Below, piece after piece: positions 26,755-39,575 of a stretch of DNA of 64,000 nucleotides (its first letter is position 1; every line of letters starts with the position of its first letter). A program made the translations under genes and the position numbers. The DNA comes from Eledone cirrhosa. Lineage: Eukaryota. Location: positions 86,180,001-86,244,000 of the forward strand of contig OZ024743.1 in NCBI GenBank assembly GCA_964016885.1, in the 5' to 3' direction. The notes below the pieces were generated by a model. The model saw only the letters and a list, made by a program, of their open reading frames with translations. It was not told where the DNA came from and ran no database searches.

Positions 26755-28255
26755 TTATAGAGAGGACAGATTCCGTTGGTGAGGCTGTCTATTTGCTGCC
26801 AGCACCCTTTACGCAGAGGGCTGAGTATGCCATGGTTAATGATACACAAACATACGCTGAGGCTGTGGCATCTCCAGATATTCTGCTTAAATGGTGAACA
26901 GGTGTGGTTGTCGTTTGTGAGACAGTCCTTTCCACAGCTCATCTCTTTAACTGAGCTGCAGTCTTGTGTCAAGAAGAGACCGAGACTGGGTGTACAATGT
27001 GGTCTGTGGAATTTCCACTCTCAAGTTCTATAGAGGATTAATGGTGGGCAAGTGTGACAATGCTCTTGGAGAAGCTCTGGGCATCGACGACTAAGGTTGA
27101 TTTAATCGACTTTCTCCTCTCCAAATTACTGGCCTTGTGACTAAATCAGAAACCATTATTATTATTATTACTACACCCTGACTGTCGTGCCTTGTCCTAA
27201 GCCTCGCCTGACTGCTTTGGAGCATTTGCTCTTTTGCTTTTTGTGGAAGGGACACGCCCCGATGGTCAGGCGGTCTGTTTGCTGTCAACATCTGCTACGT
27301 GGAGGGCTGGACATGCCGTGGTTGATGATGCGCAAACATGCGCTCAGGCTACGCCATCTCCACCTCTTCTTTGACGGTGATCATGTGGGGTTGCCGTTTG
27401 CTAGATGCTCATCTCCTTGACGGAGCTGTAGTCCTGGGTCAAGCAAAGACAGAGAGGGAGCGTTTAGAGACTAGAATGTCTTCAGGTGCTTACAGCCCTC
27501 AACCAATCGGGCAATGCGATCGGTGGAAACTCCACCTTGGCGTTCTATAGAAGGTTAGTTGAGGGAAAGAGCGATGAAATCCCTGGCCTGACAGTGCTAC
27601 TGAAGAGCTTTGCCAGTTTGGGATAAACTCTACAGGCATGGAAGTGCCGTCAGCCGGGCCTGTCCGAGATGTGCACAAGCTGTTGCGTGTAGGACAGATC
27701 CGGCTATCAGCTGAGTCCATTGTGAGGATTGCCTCGCCACCTTCCTTTAGCCAGGAAGGGCAGCCAGATTTTATCTGCCTGGTGGCCATGGCAAAAGAAA
27801 TTGTGTGGTGGACGCATTTGAAAGGGCTGAAGACGAGCACTTACCTCTTCGGTGATCCCCTGATTAACTTTTTCAAATTTCATTTGAAAAGGAAAATCGG
27901 TGGAGAGGGAAGTGCTCTCTTCCCAGCAATTTGTTGAAAGATGGGTGAGAGAGGCAAGCATGGCCCGAGTGAATGGGCCTACTCTGAGTATGCACCTGTA
28001 AATTGAAGGTGGAAAACTGGGAGAGGGCACTTGCCCTGGTAGTCAGGGTTACCGTGGCTTTTTTAATGGGCTTTCTCCATGAGTGTCGCTCAGAAATCTC
28101 CCCCCTATTAGGGAATTTTCCTTTGTTTCTTTTTTTTTATAATTTCCTTTGTTTTTTTTTCTTTACACACAGAAATGCCCATTTGTACCGTCCTATATTG
28201 TCCTTAATATTTTACTTTGTGTCAACCCTTGTGGTTAATAAAGATTATTATTAAG

Positions 28256-28285
<30 letters not shown>
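26755..28285 (+). mobile_element. Tx1/L1-type LINE 3' fragments (two diverged pieces) with (ATT)n tail
   Basis: QHPLRRGLSMPWLM and QHLLRGGLDMPWLM (GGLG-type motif), a CPRC zinc-binding relic, aataaagattattatt end. Confidence 0.65.
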
Positions 28286-28288
<3 letters not shown>

Positions 28289-28987
28289 AATCCCGCCGAG
28301 GTTAACTTTGCCTTTCATCCTTACGGGGTCGATAAAATAAAGTACCAGTAATACACTGGGATAATTGCTGGCCTTGTGCCTAAAGTAGAAACAATTATTA
28401 TTATTATTATTGTTATTATTCATTTATTTATTTATCTATTTTTTATTTTATTTTATTTATTTATTTTCCGATTTTGCTTTTCAATATAGATAATAACTGC
28501 AGAAGCGTCTCTAACCCATTTTAGGGTCTTTAAGGTATTTATATCTATATCTATTTATCAGTCTATCTATTATTCTATCTATCTTTTTGTAAATATATAT
28601 TTATATATATCATCATCATCATCATCATCACCGTTTTACATCCATTAGACGAGTTGTCCTGTCGTGGGCATGCCAGGTCAGGTGACTATGTTTTGCTCAT
28701 ACAGAATGATTTTGGCTTGATTTTTACAGTTGGATGCTCTTCCTAACACCAACCTCATTTGAGTACTGGGTGCTTTTTACTTTGGTGCCTACATGACCAC
28801 TTTACAATGGGAGGTGAGTGGGGACATACTGTCTATATGCTTCAGCTTCGGCTTACACTGTTCATATATATATAATCACCGCAGACTAATGCCCAATATA
28901 TATTTAGGTATGGCCAGCTGTTGTACATACGTAGGATAAAATTATGTTGTAAGTCTAAATTGTTTATTCGCTCTTATTTATTATATA

Positions 28988-29924
28988 CTAGCAGTGGTAC
29001 CCGGCGTTGCACGGGATAAGGTATTTTGGAATGCGGGCCGCCAACAGACCTAATCGTGGAAAAACTGCATGCCTGAACAATATGTAAAGAAAATAAACCG
29101 AATACTCTGATGGCTGGATAATCTTTAAGATTTTTCTCGATGAAGCAGGAAAAATGCAGGTTTTCACCTAATGCGGGCCCTAGAAAATGAATTTTTTTTA
29201 TGTGCATAATATGCCTTGAAATTTCGGGAAAATTGGCTAGACGTAACGCCTCCAAAAAGCCATAAGAAGCTGAAAAAATGAAGTTTTTCACCTAATGCGG
29301 GCCCTGGGCCATAAGAAAGTTGGATTTTCTTTGCTTACGGTATGAAGAAGAGACTGACTAATACATAGTTACAATTTCAAGGAAATCGGTCTGATGTAAC
29401 GCCTCAAAATGCCCCTAAAAATGTTAAAAAACGCAGTTTTTCACCTAATGCCGGCCCTAGGAGATCAAAAAGTTGAATATTTTTATATGCATAACACTCC
29501 CTGAAATATAAGTAATACACATGTAAAGTTTGAAAAAAGTCGGTTAGGTATTTCTCGAGTTTTAGGGATTCAAACTCACAGACGCACACACACACACAGA
29601 CACATACACTCACACACAGACAGACATCCTCAGGGAAATGACGTAATGCAGACATACAGACAGATATTATAAGGGCGCAACGTTATATGTATTATGTATC
29701 TATCTAAAAAGAGAAAGACTAAGAATTATAGAGAGAGATCGCTAAATCGCCTAATGCGGTCCCTAGGGCATTGAAAATTTGAATTTTCTTTTGCTCAGAA
29801 CACTCCCTGAAACATAAGTATTACATGTGTAAAGTTTTAAAACAGTCGGTTGGGTGGTTCTCGAGTTTTAGGGATTCGAACTCACACACACACAGACAGA
29901 CATCCTCAGTTATATAAATATAGA
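28988..29924 (-). mobile_element. Non-autonomous Helitron
   Basis: Minus-strand 3' end cccgtgcaacgccgggtaccactgCTAG; 5' end TCtatattta; internal repeats of ttttcacctaatgcgggccctag. Confidence 0.8.
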
Positions 29925-29960
29925 CTAGCAGAAAACCACCCGGGGGCGGTTTTCTGCTAG

Positions 29961-30250
29961 TCTATATATCTAAAACAGAGAATGTCTGTCTGTCTGTCAG
30001 CTCACTAAAACTTGAGAGCCATCCAACCGATTGTTTTCAAACTTTAGACATGTAATATTTATGGTCCTGTGAGTGTTTTGAGCAAACATTATTTCAAATT
30101 TTCAATGCCCTAGGGACCGCATTAGGCGATTTAGCGTTCTCTCTATATAATTCTTAGTCTTTCTTTTTAGATAGATACATAGATATAACGTTGCGCCCTT
30201 ATAATATCTGTCTGTATGTCTGGCTGTCTGCATTACGTCATTATGACGTG
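29961..30250 (+). mobile_element. Helitron 5' portion, inverted relative to 28988-29924
   Basis: TCtatatatctaaaacagagaatgtctgtc; 30000-30240 is the reverse complement of ~29640-29870. Confidence 0.7.
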
Positions 30251-30844
30251 CTCAGCTCGATTCCCTCGGCCTTAGTGACCAAAGTCAGTGGAGAGGGGAA
30301 GGTAATGTTTCTGTAGCACGTGTTTTAGCGTCTATTCACTCTCTCTCTCCCTCTCTCCCTCCCGCTATCCCCCTCTCGTAGTCTGTCTCTTTCTTTCACC
30401 CTCACTCTCTCTCTACGCACGTGTTTCCACTGTCGGACAGACAGACAGAGAAATTGCTGGTTATATATAAAAGTAGATATAATATAGAAATAGCTTCTAC
30501 AGGACTAATATATATATATATTCTACAGGAAATATATATATATTTCAAGCATAGCTTTATACAATATGTATAGAAATTTTGTATTTCTAAAGAAATACGG
30601 TTTTAGGAAGCCGTAGCTATGCAAACACCAGGGCTAACGCCCTCTGGTGGTGTCCAGCAGAAGCAAGGGGGACAACCGTCTATGCATTTCAGGCTTGACT
30701 GGCCTTTGTCAGGACGGTCCCTCCCACCGCTTGCTACTGCTGGACTTGAAAACAGTCGAGAATATATAGTTTTCTCGTCTGTGTAAATGAGGTGATTAAT
30801 CTCATTTGCATATGAAGCTGCATAAGTTAGCTCAAATTATATAT

Positions 30845-32181
30845 CATCATCATCATCATCATCATCATTTTACGTCCGCTTTTCCCTGCTTGCAAGGGTG
30901 GGACGGGTCTTATTCAGCACAGCATCTCTCCACTCGTCACGGTCCCTCGTCATCTCCACCGTGAGCTTCAATGATCTGAGGTCTGTTCTCACCACCTCCG
31001 CCCATGTTTTTCGTGGTCTACCTCTACCACGTCTTCCTTCAACTGGCATTTCCTGGCACTTCTTCACCCATCGGTCATCCTCCATGCGCATCACATGTCC
31101 ATACCACCTCTTGTTCATTATAGTCCTCCAAGCCACAACAGAGGAGTTTTAGACTGGCTGTCCATGGGAACTTCTCTATGCTGACGATCTGGTTCTTATA
31201 GCAGAATCAGTAGAGGAGCTAGAGAATAAATTCTGGCTATGGAAACAGCAGTTGGAAGCAAGAGGACTGAGAGTGAACCTAGCTAAGACAAAAGTGTTGA
31301 TGAGTAGAAAAGAGGACAAAACTCTGATTCCGTCTGGGAAATGGCCATGTTTGATATGCAGAAAAGGAACTGGCATAAATTCTATAAAATGCACACAATA
31401 CAGATCCTGGGTACACAAGAGATGTAGCGGGATAGCAGGCAAACTAACAGGTAGGGAGAAATATGTATGCAGTAGATGTACAGGGAAATTAGACAGTAGA
31501 AGTCGCATTGATAGACACATTTTTCAAATGCAGGAGGGCACTATAGAAGTGGTGGATAGCTTCCGGTATCTAGGAGATCAGATTAGCATGGGAGGGGGGG
31601 GGGGGGGGCGAGGCCATAGTATCTAGAATAAGGACGGGTTGGAAGAAGTTTAGGGAGCTGCGTCCTCTGTTGACGAAGAAGGGTTTCTCCCTGCGTACGA
31701 AAGGCCGATTGTATGATGCCTGTGTGAGGAGCGCGATGCTGCATGGTAGTGTGACATGGGCAGCAACTGCAGAGGATATGCGACGGCTGGAGAGAAATGA
31801 GGCAAGCATGCTCTGTTGGATGTGCAGTGTAAATGTACGTGAACGACCCAGCATAAATGTGTTGAGAGAGAGAAACTGTGTCTGGGAGGGATAGAATGTA
31901 GTGTACGGGAGAGGAGACTGAGGTGGTATGGACATGTGATGCGCATGGAGGATGACCGATGGGTGAAGAAGTGCCAGGAAATGCCAGTTGAAGGAAGACG
32001 TGGTAGAGGTAGACCACGAAAAACATGGGCGGAGGTGGTGAGAACAGACCTCAGATCATTGAAGCTCACGGTGGAGATGACGAAGGACCGTGACGAGTGG
32101 AGAGATGCTGTGCTGAATAAGACCCGTCCCACCCTTGCAAGCAGGGACAAGCGGACGTAAAATGATGATGATGATGATGAT
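30845..32181 (+). mobile_element. RTE family-2 LINE fragment (31108-32181) preceded by an inverted copy of its own last ~260 bp
   Basis: LLYADD region, WYGHVMR, GRGRPRKTWAEVV; 30845-31108 is the reverse complement of 31921-32181. Confidence 0.9.
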
Positions 32182-32560
32182 ATATATATATATAGTAATA
32201 ATAATTATAAATGTGAAGACTAAAATCCAAAGAGGGCTCGATAAGGATAATTATATATCAAATATATAAGAACCATAGAGCAAATATTTATTAAAATAAC
32301 AGACCAAAGCTCAAGCAAAGAATCGCTGCTCTCACACCCCAGCGGGATCCTCTGAAACTCCCCCCAAAAAATCAATATGTGAACGCAGAAGCAAATACTT
32401 TGAAAAACGTTGCAACCGAAGGAAAACAGGAAGACAACACCCTAACTCGTGAAGACGCTCCCTGACAATGAACGGAAAAAAGCGAAGACAACATGAATAT
32501 ATATTTCTCTCTCCTCTCATTCACTCTCTGGCTCTCTCTCCCCCCCTCTCTCTCTCTCTA

Positions 32561-33609
32561 TCTGGTGTACCACAGGGATCTGTTCTTGGCCCCCTTTTGT
32601 TTGTAGCATATATTAATGACATAGATGGCAACTTAAAGAATGCCATGGTACTAAAGTACGCAGATGACATCAAGCTGTACCTTGAGATAAAACAGACAGA
32701 TCCTGAACACTATAGATCTTGCTTGCAGTCTGACCTGGACACAATGCAACAATGGATCTCAGACTGGCAACTCAAGCTAGCTGTGGACAAGTGCACCACC
32801 ATGCATTTTGGGAGTAAAAACCCAGCGTCCACATACTCCCTCCACAGCACTAATATCAAGAAGACTTCTTGGGAACGTGACCTGGGCATTACGGTCAACA
32901 GCGATTTGCGTTGGACGAAGAACGTCTCTAAAATTGTCAAGAGGGCCGAGGGTGTCTTAGCATCACTCAGCAAGACCTTTGTCAGCCGCTCTCCAGATAT
33001 CTATTTAAGGCTGTACATGGCTATGGTGCGGCCACACTTAGAATTTGCATCACCAGTCTGGAACCCCTATCTTGCTCAGAACATTGACCACCTGGAAACT
33101 GTTCAGAGACGTGCAACCAAGCGAATACCCTCCATGAGGCATCTACCATACTCTGAGCGCCTTGCTTCCCTGGGCATTGATACATTGAAGCTCCGACGCC
33201 TGGCAACTGACTTGGTAAACACCCACAAAATTGTTAACCATCTTGCCAACAACAACCCTGAGTACCTTTTTGATTTCCATGTGTTTAACACACGTGGACA
33301 TGCCCACAAAGTCAGAAAACAGCACAATTCCCATGACTTTCGGAAACATTTTTTCACGCTCAGAGTTGCTGAAGCATGGAACAAACTACCTGCATCAGTT
33401 GTTAGCTGACGAGACTCTGCATCCTTTAAAACCTCTATGCTTCCCAAGATCCGCCAACACTACAGCTAATGTTCCCCCTCCATACACATACACACATGTA
33501 TACCATGACTCATACACTATTCACTTCCCTGACATTTGTGTATTATTCTATGTACTATACATACACATTTGACGAGTTGTAGTGCACCTGAGCACTTTAC
33601 ACAATAATT

Positions 33610-33651
<42 letters not shown>
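32561..33651 (+). mobile_element. CR1-type LINE 3' fragment with (ATT)n tail
   Basis: SGVPQGSVLGPLLF, YADD, VRPHLEFASPVWNP, VQRRATK, NTRGH, FFTLRVAEAWNKLP. Confidence 0.92.
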
Positions 33652-33659
<8 letters not shown>

Positions 33660-33666
33660 TATATGT

Positions 33667-33900
33667 ATCATCTGCATATAGAAGTTCCCATGGGCAGCTG
33701 GTCTTAAACTCCTCTGTTATAGCCTGAAGGGCAATAATAAACAGGAGGGCTAAGGACGGAGCCTTGATGAACACCTACTTTTACACAAAATTCTTCACTA
33801 TATTCATTGTTAATTCTAACCTTGCTGACTGTTTCTTTATACATGGCTTGTATAGCTCTCACAAGCCATTCATCTACTTCCAGTTTTCTAAGGGCCCACA
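33667..33900 (-). mobile_element. RTE RT fragment
   Basis: WALRKLEVDEWLV...GVHQGSVLSP. Confidence 0.8.
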
Positions 33901-34202
33901 TGTTTTTAAATTCATATATATCAAAATGATTTTAACAAAAAATCTATCAAAATCAGTTATCTTACTGCAACCTATTTTGCAGCTATTTAGCAAGTAAAAG
34001 TAAAATCTACTTCAAATCATACTCAATTGTGTTGATTGTGTAACTGTGTCAATCCCGTAATGTGTTATTTGGATGGTAGACGTCTTATGATATACATTAT
34101 ATACCATGCAAAAATGTCATAATTAATGATTGTTAGGGATAATATTGGATGAATGCTAAATCCATTCAAATTAAAGTGCATTCTACATGTGTATACTTTC
34201 AG

Positions 34203-34219
34203 AAATCCATGAATGAGGA
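34203..34219 (+). CDS. Possible stop-codon exon of the micro-exon gene (KIHE*)
   Basis: tactttcAG|AAATCCATGAATGAGGA|GTGAGC. In phase 1 it gives K-I-H-E-TGA. It could be a chance match. Confidence 0.3.
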
Positions 34220-34399
34220 GTGAGCAGAGAGTTATCTAAGCATATTTCACCTGCAAAGAATACTTCATTATTAAATTGAAACTTAGAGACTATACAGAAT
34301 CTCTAACCAATGAAGAAATATATACCATATTTATATGAAAAGTATATGAAACACATTTGTATAATGTTTTTGTATATACTTTTAATTATCTGTAAGAAA

Positions 34400-35270
34400 A
34401 TTGTCTATATGCTTCAGCTTTAGCTTGTTCCTGTGGGAAGTCGGGGCTTCTGTATTACTGCGTGACGCCAGAGGTCACGGTTGTGTCATTGCCCTTGAGA
34501 GGTGCAATTAGGTAAGGTCGGCTTTTATCACCTCATCCCAGGTCTTCTTGGGTCTCCCCACTCCGCGGCTTCCATCAACTTTTAGTGCTCTGCACCTTTT
34601 TATGCAGCTGTCATCCTTCATATGCATCACATGTCCATACAAACGTAACCTCCTCTCCTGCACACAGCATTTGATTCCTCTTATGCTCAGTCTCTCTCTC
34701 AATTCGTTTATGCTTTGCCGTTCGCATATATTACTATTACACATCCATCGGAGCATGCAGGCTTCGTTTCTTTCTAATCTACGTAAGTCTTCAACAGACA
34801 GCTCCCAGGTTCCACTATCATGTAACATTGCTGTTCGTATACACGCATCATACAGTCTGCCTTTCATTTTGAGGGAAAAGCCTTTTGCAGCTAGCAGTGG
34901 CAGTAGCTCCCTGAACTTCTTCCATCCCATTCTTACCCTAGTTATTGTACTTTCCGAACACCCATCTCCGCTGCTAATTCGGTCACCTAGGTAACAGAAG
35001 CTGTCTACTGTTTCTACAGAGCCCTCCCAGAGTTTGGTGGTGCTTGTTTCCTGTGGTTGTTTGCTGCTTGCTGTCCCAGTACAGCTGCTGCATATGAAGC
35101 CTACATTCTTAGTTAAACTTCCTGAGATCCCACTACATCTCTTGTGTACCCATTGTTTGCATTTGGGGCAGAGGATGGAGTTCCTACCTACACCTTTCCT
35201 ACATACTGAGCAAGACCATTTCCCTGAGGGGATCTGGGTTCTGTTTTCTCGTCTAGTTACAAGGACCTTT
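34400..35270 (-). mobile_element. RTE family-1 fragment
   Basis: Reverse complement closely matches 2240-3115; GWKKFRELLPLL...GRPKKTWDEVIK. Confidence 0.9.
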
Positions 35271-35333
35271 CTTATATATATATATATATATATAAATATA
35301 TATGTGTGTGTGTGTGTCTGTATGTATGTGTGC

Positions 35334-35385
<52 letters not shown>

Positions 35386-35514
35386 ATGTTTTTGTGTATA
35401 TATATGTGTATATTTGTATAGGTTTTATTTCTAATGCTTATTCTTTATCTGCACTGTTATTACTTATTATATTTACTATATTTTGTTTTTTTATATATAG
35501 ATATTTTTTATATA

Positions 35515-36260
35515 ATAAATAATAATAATAATGAAATTATTGTGTACAGTGCTGCTCAGGTGCACTACAACTCGTCAATGGTGCATGTATAGTACATAGA
35601 ATAATATACAAATGTCAGGGAAGTGAATAGTGTATGAGTCATGATATACATGTGTGTGTGTGTATGGAAGGGGAATATTAGCTGTAGTGTTGGCGAATCT
35701 CAGGAAGCATGGAGGTTTTAAAGGATGCAGTGTCTCGACAGCTAACAACTGATTCAGGTAGTTTGTTCCATGCTTCAGCAAAAATGTTTCCGAAAGTCAT
35801 GGGAGCTGTGCTGTTTTCTGACTTTGTGGGCATGCCCACCTGTGTTAGACACATGGAAATCAAAAAAGTACTCAGGGTTGTTGTTGGCAAGATGGTTAAT
35901 AATTTTGTGGGTGTTTACCAAGTCAGTTGCCAGACATCAGAGCTTCAATGTATCCATGCCCAGGGAAGCAAGGCGTTCAGAGTATGGTAGATGCCTGATG
36001 GAGGGTATTCGCTTGGTTGCACAGTTTCCAGGCGGTCAATGTTCTGAGCAAGATAGGAGTTCCAGACTGGTGATGCAAATTCTAAGTGTGGCCACACCAT
36101 AGCTATAAACAGCTTTAAATAGATAGCTAGAGAGCAGCTGACAAAGGTCTTGCTGAGTGATGCTAAGACACCCTTGGCCTTCTTGACAATTTTAGAGACG
36201 TGCTTCGTCCAATGCAAATCGCTGCTGACCGTAATACCCAGGTCACGTTCACAAGAAGAC
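35515..36260 (-). mobile_element. CR1-type LINE 3' fragment
   Basis: Reverse-complement homologue of 32860-33615. Confidence 0.9.
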
Positions 36261-36408
36261 TTGATATATATAGATATTTTTTTAAATGTATTTTATCTTT
36301 ATTTTATTATATATTTTTCTAGGGTCACATCCTTTTATTTTTTTATGAACTCACTGCCTCTATCTCACTACCATTCTTATATGACCATAATATCTTTTTA
36401 TTTATCAG

Positions 36409-36485
36409 ATGAAGTGGAAGTTATAACATACTTTTTCTACAAATTCTGCCACATTACAATAAACAACTAATCAACATTTTCAGTC
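36409..36485 (+). other. Possible terminal exon with poly(A) signal
   Basis: tctttttatttatcAG acceptor, AATAAA at 36458-36463, T-rich tract downstream. Confidence 0.3.
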
Positions 36486-36863
36486 TTAGTTTTTATTTTG
36501 TATCTTTATTCTTTTACCTCTTTATATTTCTTTACACTTGTATTCTTGTATTGCCTTATCTCCTTAATGCTTATTTCAAACAATATAGCAGTGGACGTCA
36601 GGTGGACAGGTCGACACGCTTGACCACAGATGGCGATAATAGCCGGTAAATTGTAGGACGCCTCCAGCTGTGATCTGACCGAAGATAAACAACAAGTGGA
36701 ATACCGTGACATACCCCTGTGACAGAATTTGTGGTAGCATATAAAAGGGATAACTTTAAACCACTGTCAATCACAAGTCTACATTAAAACATATCTGATC
36801 GACAGTGAAACATAAGTAATATATAACTAAATATGTATATGATGCAACACTGATTCTTTGTTT

Positions 36864-36898
<35 letters not shown>

Positions 36899-36916
36899 AC
36901 TAGATATATGTAACTA

Positions 36917-37791
36917 CAGGGTGCGGACGATATCTGTTCGCAAGATTACTGTCCAGAAAAAAATAACACAGTAGTTTTATTTTTTAAGATATATTTATCA
37001 AACTTGGGTCAGTTTGTCTTCATGACTTGTTCTTTCGATCTCACTCGATAAACCCGCCATTGGCTTTGATGAAGGCTTCAAGGCGGCTTCGGAACCGGCT
37101 ACAGGCCTTCGTCACTGTCCCCCGACTTAGGCCCCTAAAGGCACTTGTGATCCTGGCCTTCAGATCGTCTTTTGTATTGCATCTAGATCTGTTGGCGTCT
37201 CGTTCCACTGCGCTCCACACAAAGAAGTCGCGGGGGTTGCAGTCAGGCGAGCTGGGAGGTCAGATGTCAGGCGAAGTGTGGTCGACGAAGTTCTCTGACA
37301 GCCAGTCTTGGGTCTTTCGGCTGGTATGGCAGGGCGCTGAGTCTTGCTGCCACACGTACGGCCTACCTGCAGCTACCTGGTCGATCCAGGGCTTTACTAC
37401 CTCGCTCAGAACGTGGATGTAGCCATTGGTGTTCAGCTTGAGGCTATCAGGGAAGAAGTGAGGTGGCATGATGTCACCTTGACTGCTGACGACACACAAG
37501 ACCAATGTTGTCGCTGGAAACTTTGTCTGCATGACTCTGGGCACGTCTTTGGATTAGACAGAGAACCACCTGTTGTTCTGGGAGTTGATCTTCTGGTCTT
37601 ATTTGTCCTCCCGGCGCGGACTCCAAGAAGAACTCCGTGTCTCTTCCACAAATTTGGAGGTTCAAAATTATTCATAATCAATTATTCTGAAAATAAATAA
37701 TGGAAATATAGTCACTGTTTTTATGAAGACAAGAGTAACAACAGAAGTAAAAAAAATTTGCATAAAATTAGCAGTTGAAAATTGCATCCTG
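36917..37791 (-). mobile_element. Internally deleted Tc1/mariner element with DD37D (maT-type) spacing
   Basis: TA|CAGGGTGC ... GCATCCTG|TA ends; WQQDSAPCH...I*PPSSPDCNPRD gives 37 residues between the second and third Asp. Confidence 0.8.
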
Positions 37792-37799
37792 TATTATGC

Positions 37800-39575
37800 G
37801 TCTATCTCCCCGGTAGTACTTAACAAGGCACTTATGTTTGCACACAGCCATACTGATTTAACCTAGGATGAAATTAACATCATTCATACTGCCAGGAAGA
37901 CTCTAATAGGTTTTGACGGTGAGCTGTGGACTAGGAGAGAGTGGCCGGACAACTTTGACATCACAATGGGATTGAGCGACTCGGTGCAGTTACTGACCTG
38001 GTGGGCATCTACATACTCAGAAACTTGAAAAGCGAGATCCCAGCATTAGGCGGTGGAATATACCACGACGATGCGCTGTTTACGCTACTCGACCACAGCA
38101 ACGGCATCGTAACTAGGATTAGAAAAAGACTAATTAGATTCTTTAAAAACTTGGGCCTCAACATAGACATAGATGATAATAGAAAGATAGTTAAGTTCCT
38201 GGACGTTACTCTCAATCTAGAATCCGGCCTCCATTACCCATACCACAAGCTGAACGAGTGCCTCAAGTACATAAATGCTAATTCCAACCATCCCAGGTCA
38301 GTCAAGAGGGCCATAGTGAATAGCGTATCCCATAGGATATCATCTCTTTCAGCTAACCAGGAAACCTTCAACAATGTAGCTAGCTATTATAATAATACCC
38401 TAAATAGTGCAGGTTACAAGGAGAAAATTAAATATATGCCCAATCGAATAAATAATGTAACCGCTGACAGTAACACATCAAAAGGAAATAACTACAGGGC
38501 CAATCCGGCTGGGAGTGCAATACTCATCCCTGGAACCACACTGCTAACTAATCCTAGAGGAACTGTAAACCAAAACTTATTAAGCAGGGACCTGACTTCA
38601 CCTACAATGGAAAATGAGGAAGCCAGCATGGTGGAGCCGCGCGAGACATCTATGGGCCCAGGGGTGAGCGTGGACAGTACGAAGCCCCTCCCTCGCTGTG
38701 AATGAGGACCACACAGTTCAGAGTGCTCCGAGCGGCATGGCCAACTCAATGGGCAACGATGAACCGGGGAGCGTGGCTTTTCTAGGCGACCACAGCAACT
38801 GCGTAGCGCGTACTCAGACGGAACGGGTAGAGGGACTGGGGACTACAACAGGAAGCGAACCCGTTCTCGTAATGTCGTATGGTTTAACCCCCCCCCCCCC
38901 ATGCAGTGCTGGTTTATGCAGCAACCTCGCGACCTCTTTCTTCAGGGCCTTGGATAAGCACTTCCCTAAATAACACAGGTACCATGCCATTTTCAACAGG
39001 CAGACAGTTAAATTGTCCTACTCCATAACTAGAAACCTGACACAAAATATAGAAGCCTTAAACCGGAGTTGATTAAAAAACGTCCTCGACACGGAGGGGG
39101 GGGGGGTCAGCAACATAAATGCCTCTTCCTTCGATGATAACATTATGAACCGTGAACGACCAAGGAATCATGCAACCCAATCCGGTAATCCGGGCGGGAA
39201 CACCTCTCTGAGCTGTAATTGTAGAAATCCCGGTAACTGGCCCCTGGAAGGCATAGGCCTTAGCAGTAGCTTAATCTATGAATGTAGGGTGAGTACCAAT
39301 AACCAAACCTTCACCTCTATCGGAGCTACGGCTAATAATTTTAAGGAACGCTGGTTTAATCCTGCCACACCTTTAGGAGAGTGGATAAGAAAAACAGCAC
39401 CGCCTTCTCCGAATTGGTGTGGCATCTCAAGCATGACAACATGGATGCACCTTGTCGTGGTCCAAGGTTGCCTCAGCCCAACCCTACAGAGGAGGAGGGC
39501 ATGACTCATGCAATCTATGTGTCACCGAGATTATGGAGATAATCGAGAGGGGAACACGGGTTATCAATAAAAACC
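37800..39575 (+). mobile_element. Disrupted Penelope-like element (RT plus GIY-YIG)
   Basis: GGIYHDD, KFLDVTLNL, YINANSNHP, then CNCRNPGNWPLEG..LIYECRV..IGATANNFKERWFN. Confidence 0.85.

Noticed and set aside
32468-33409. 313-aa ORF as a host gene
   Set aside because: It is a CR1 RT fragment read in from unrelated upstream sequence through a (CT)n tract.
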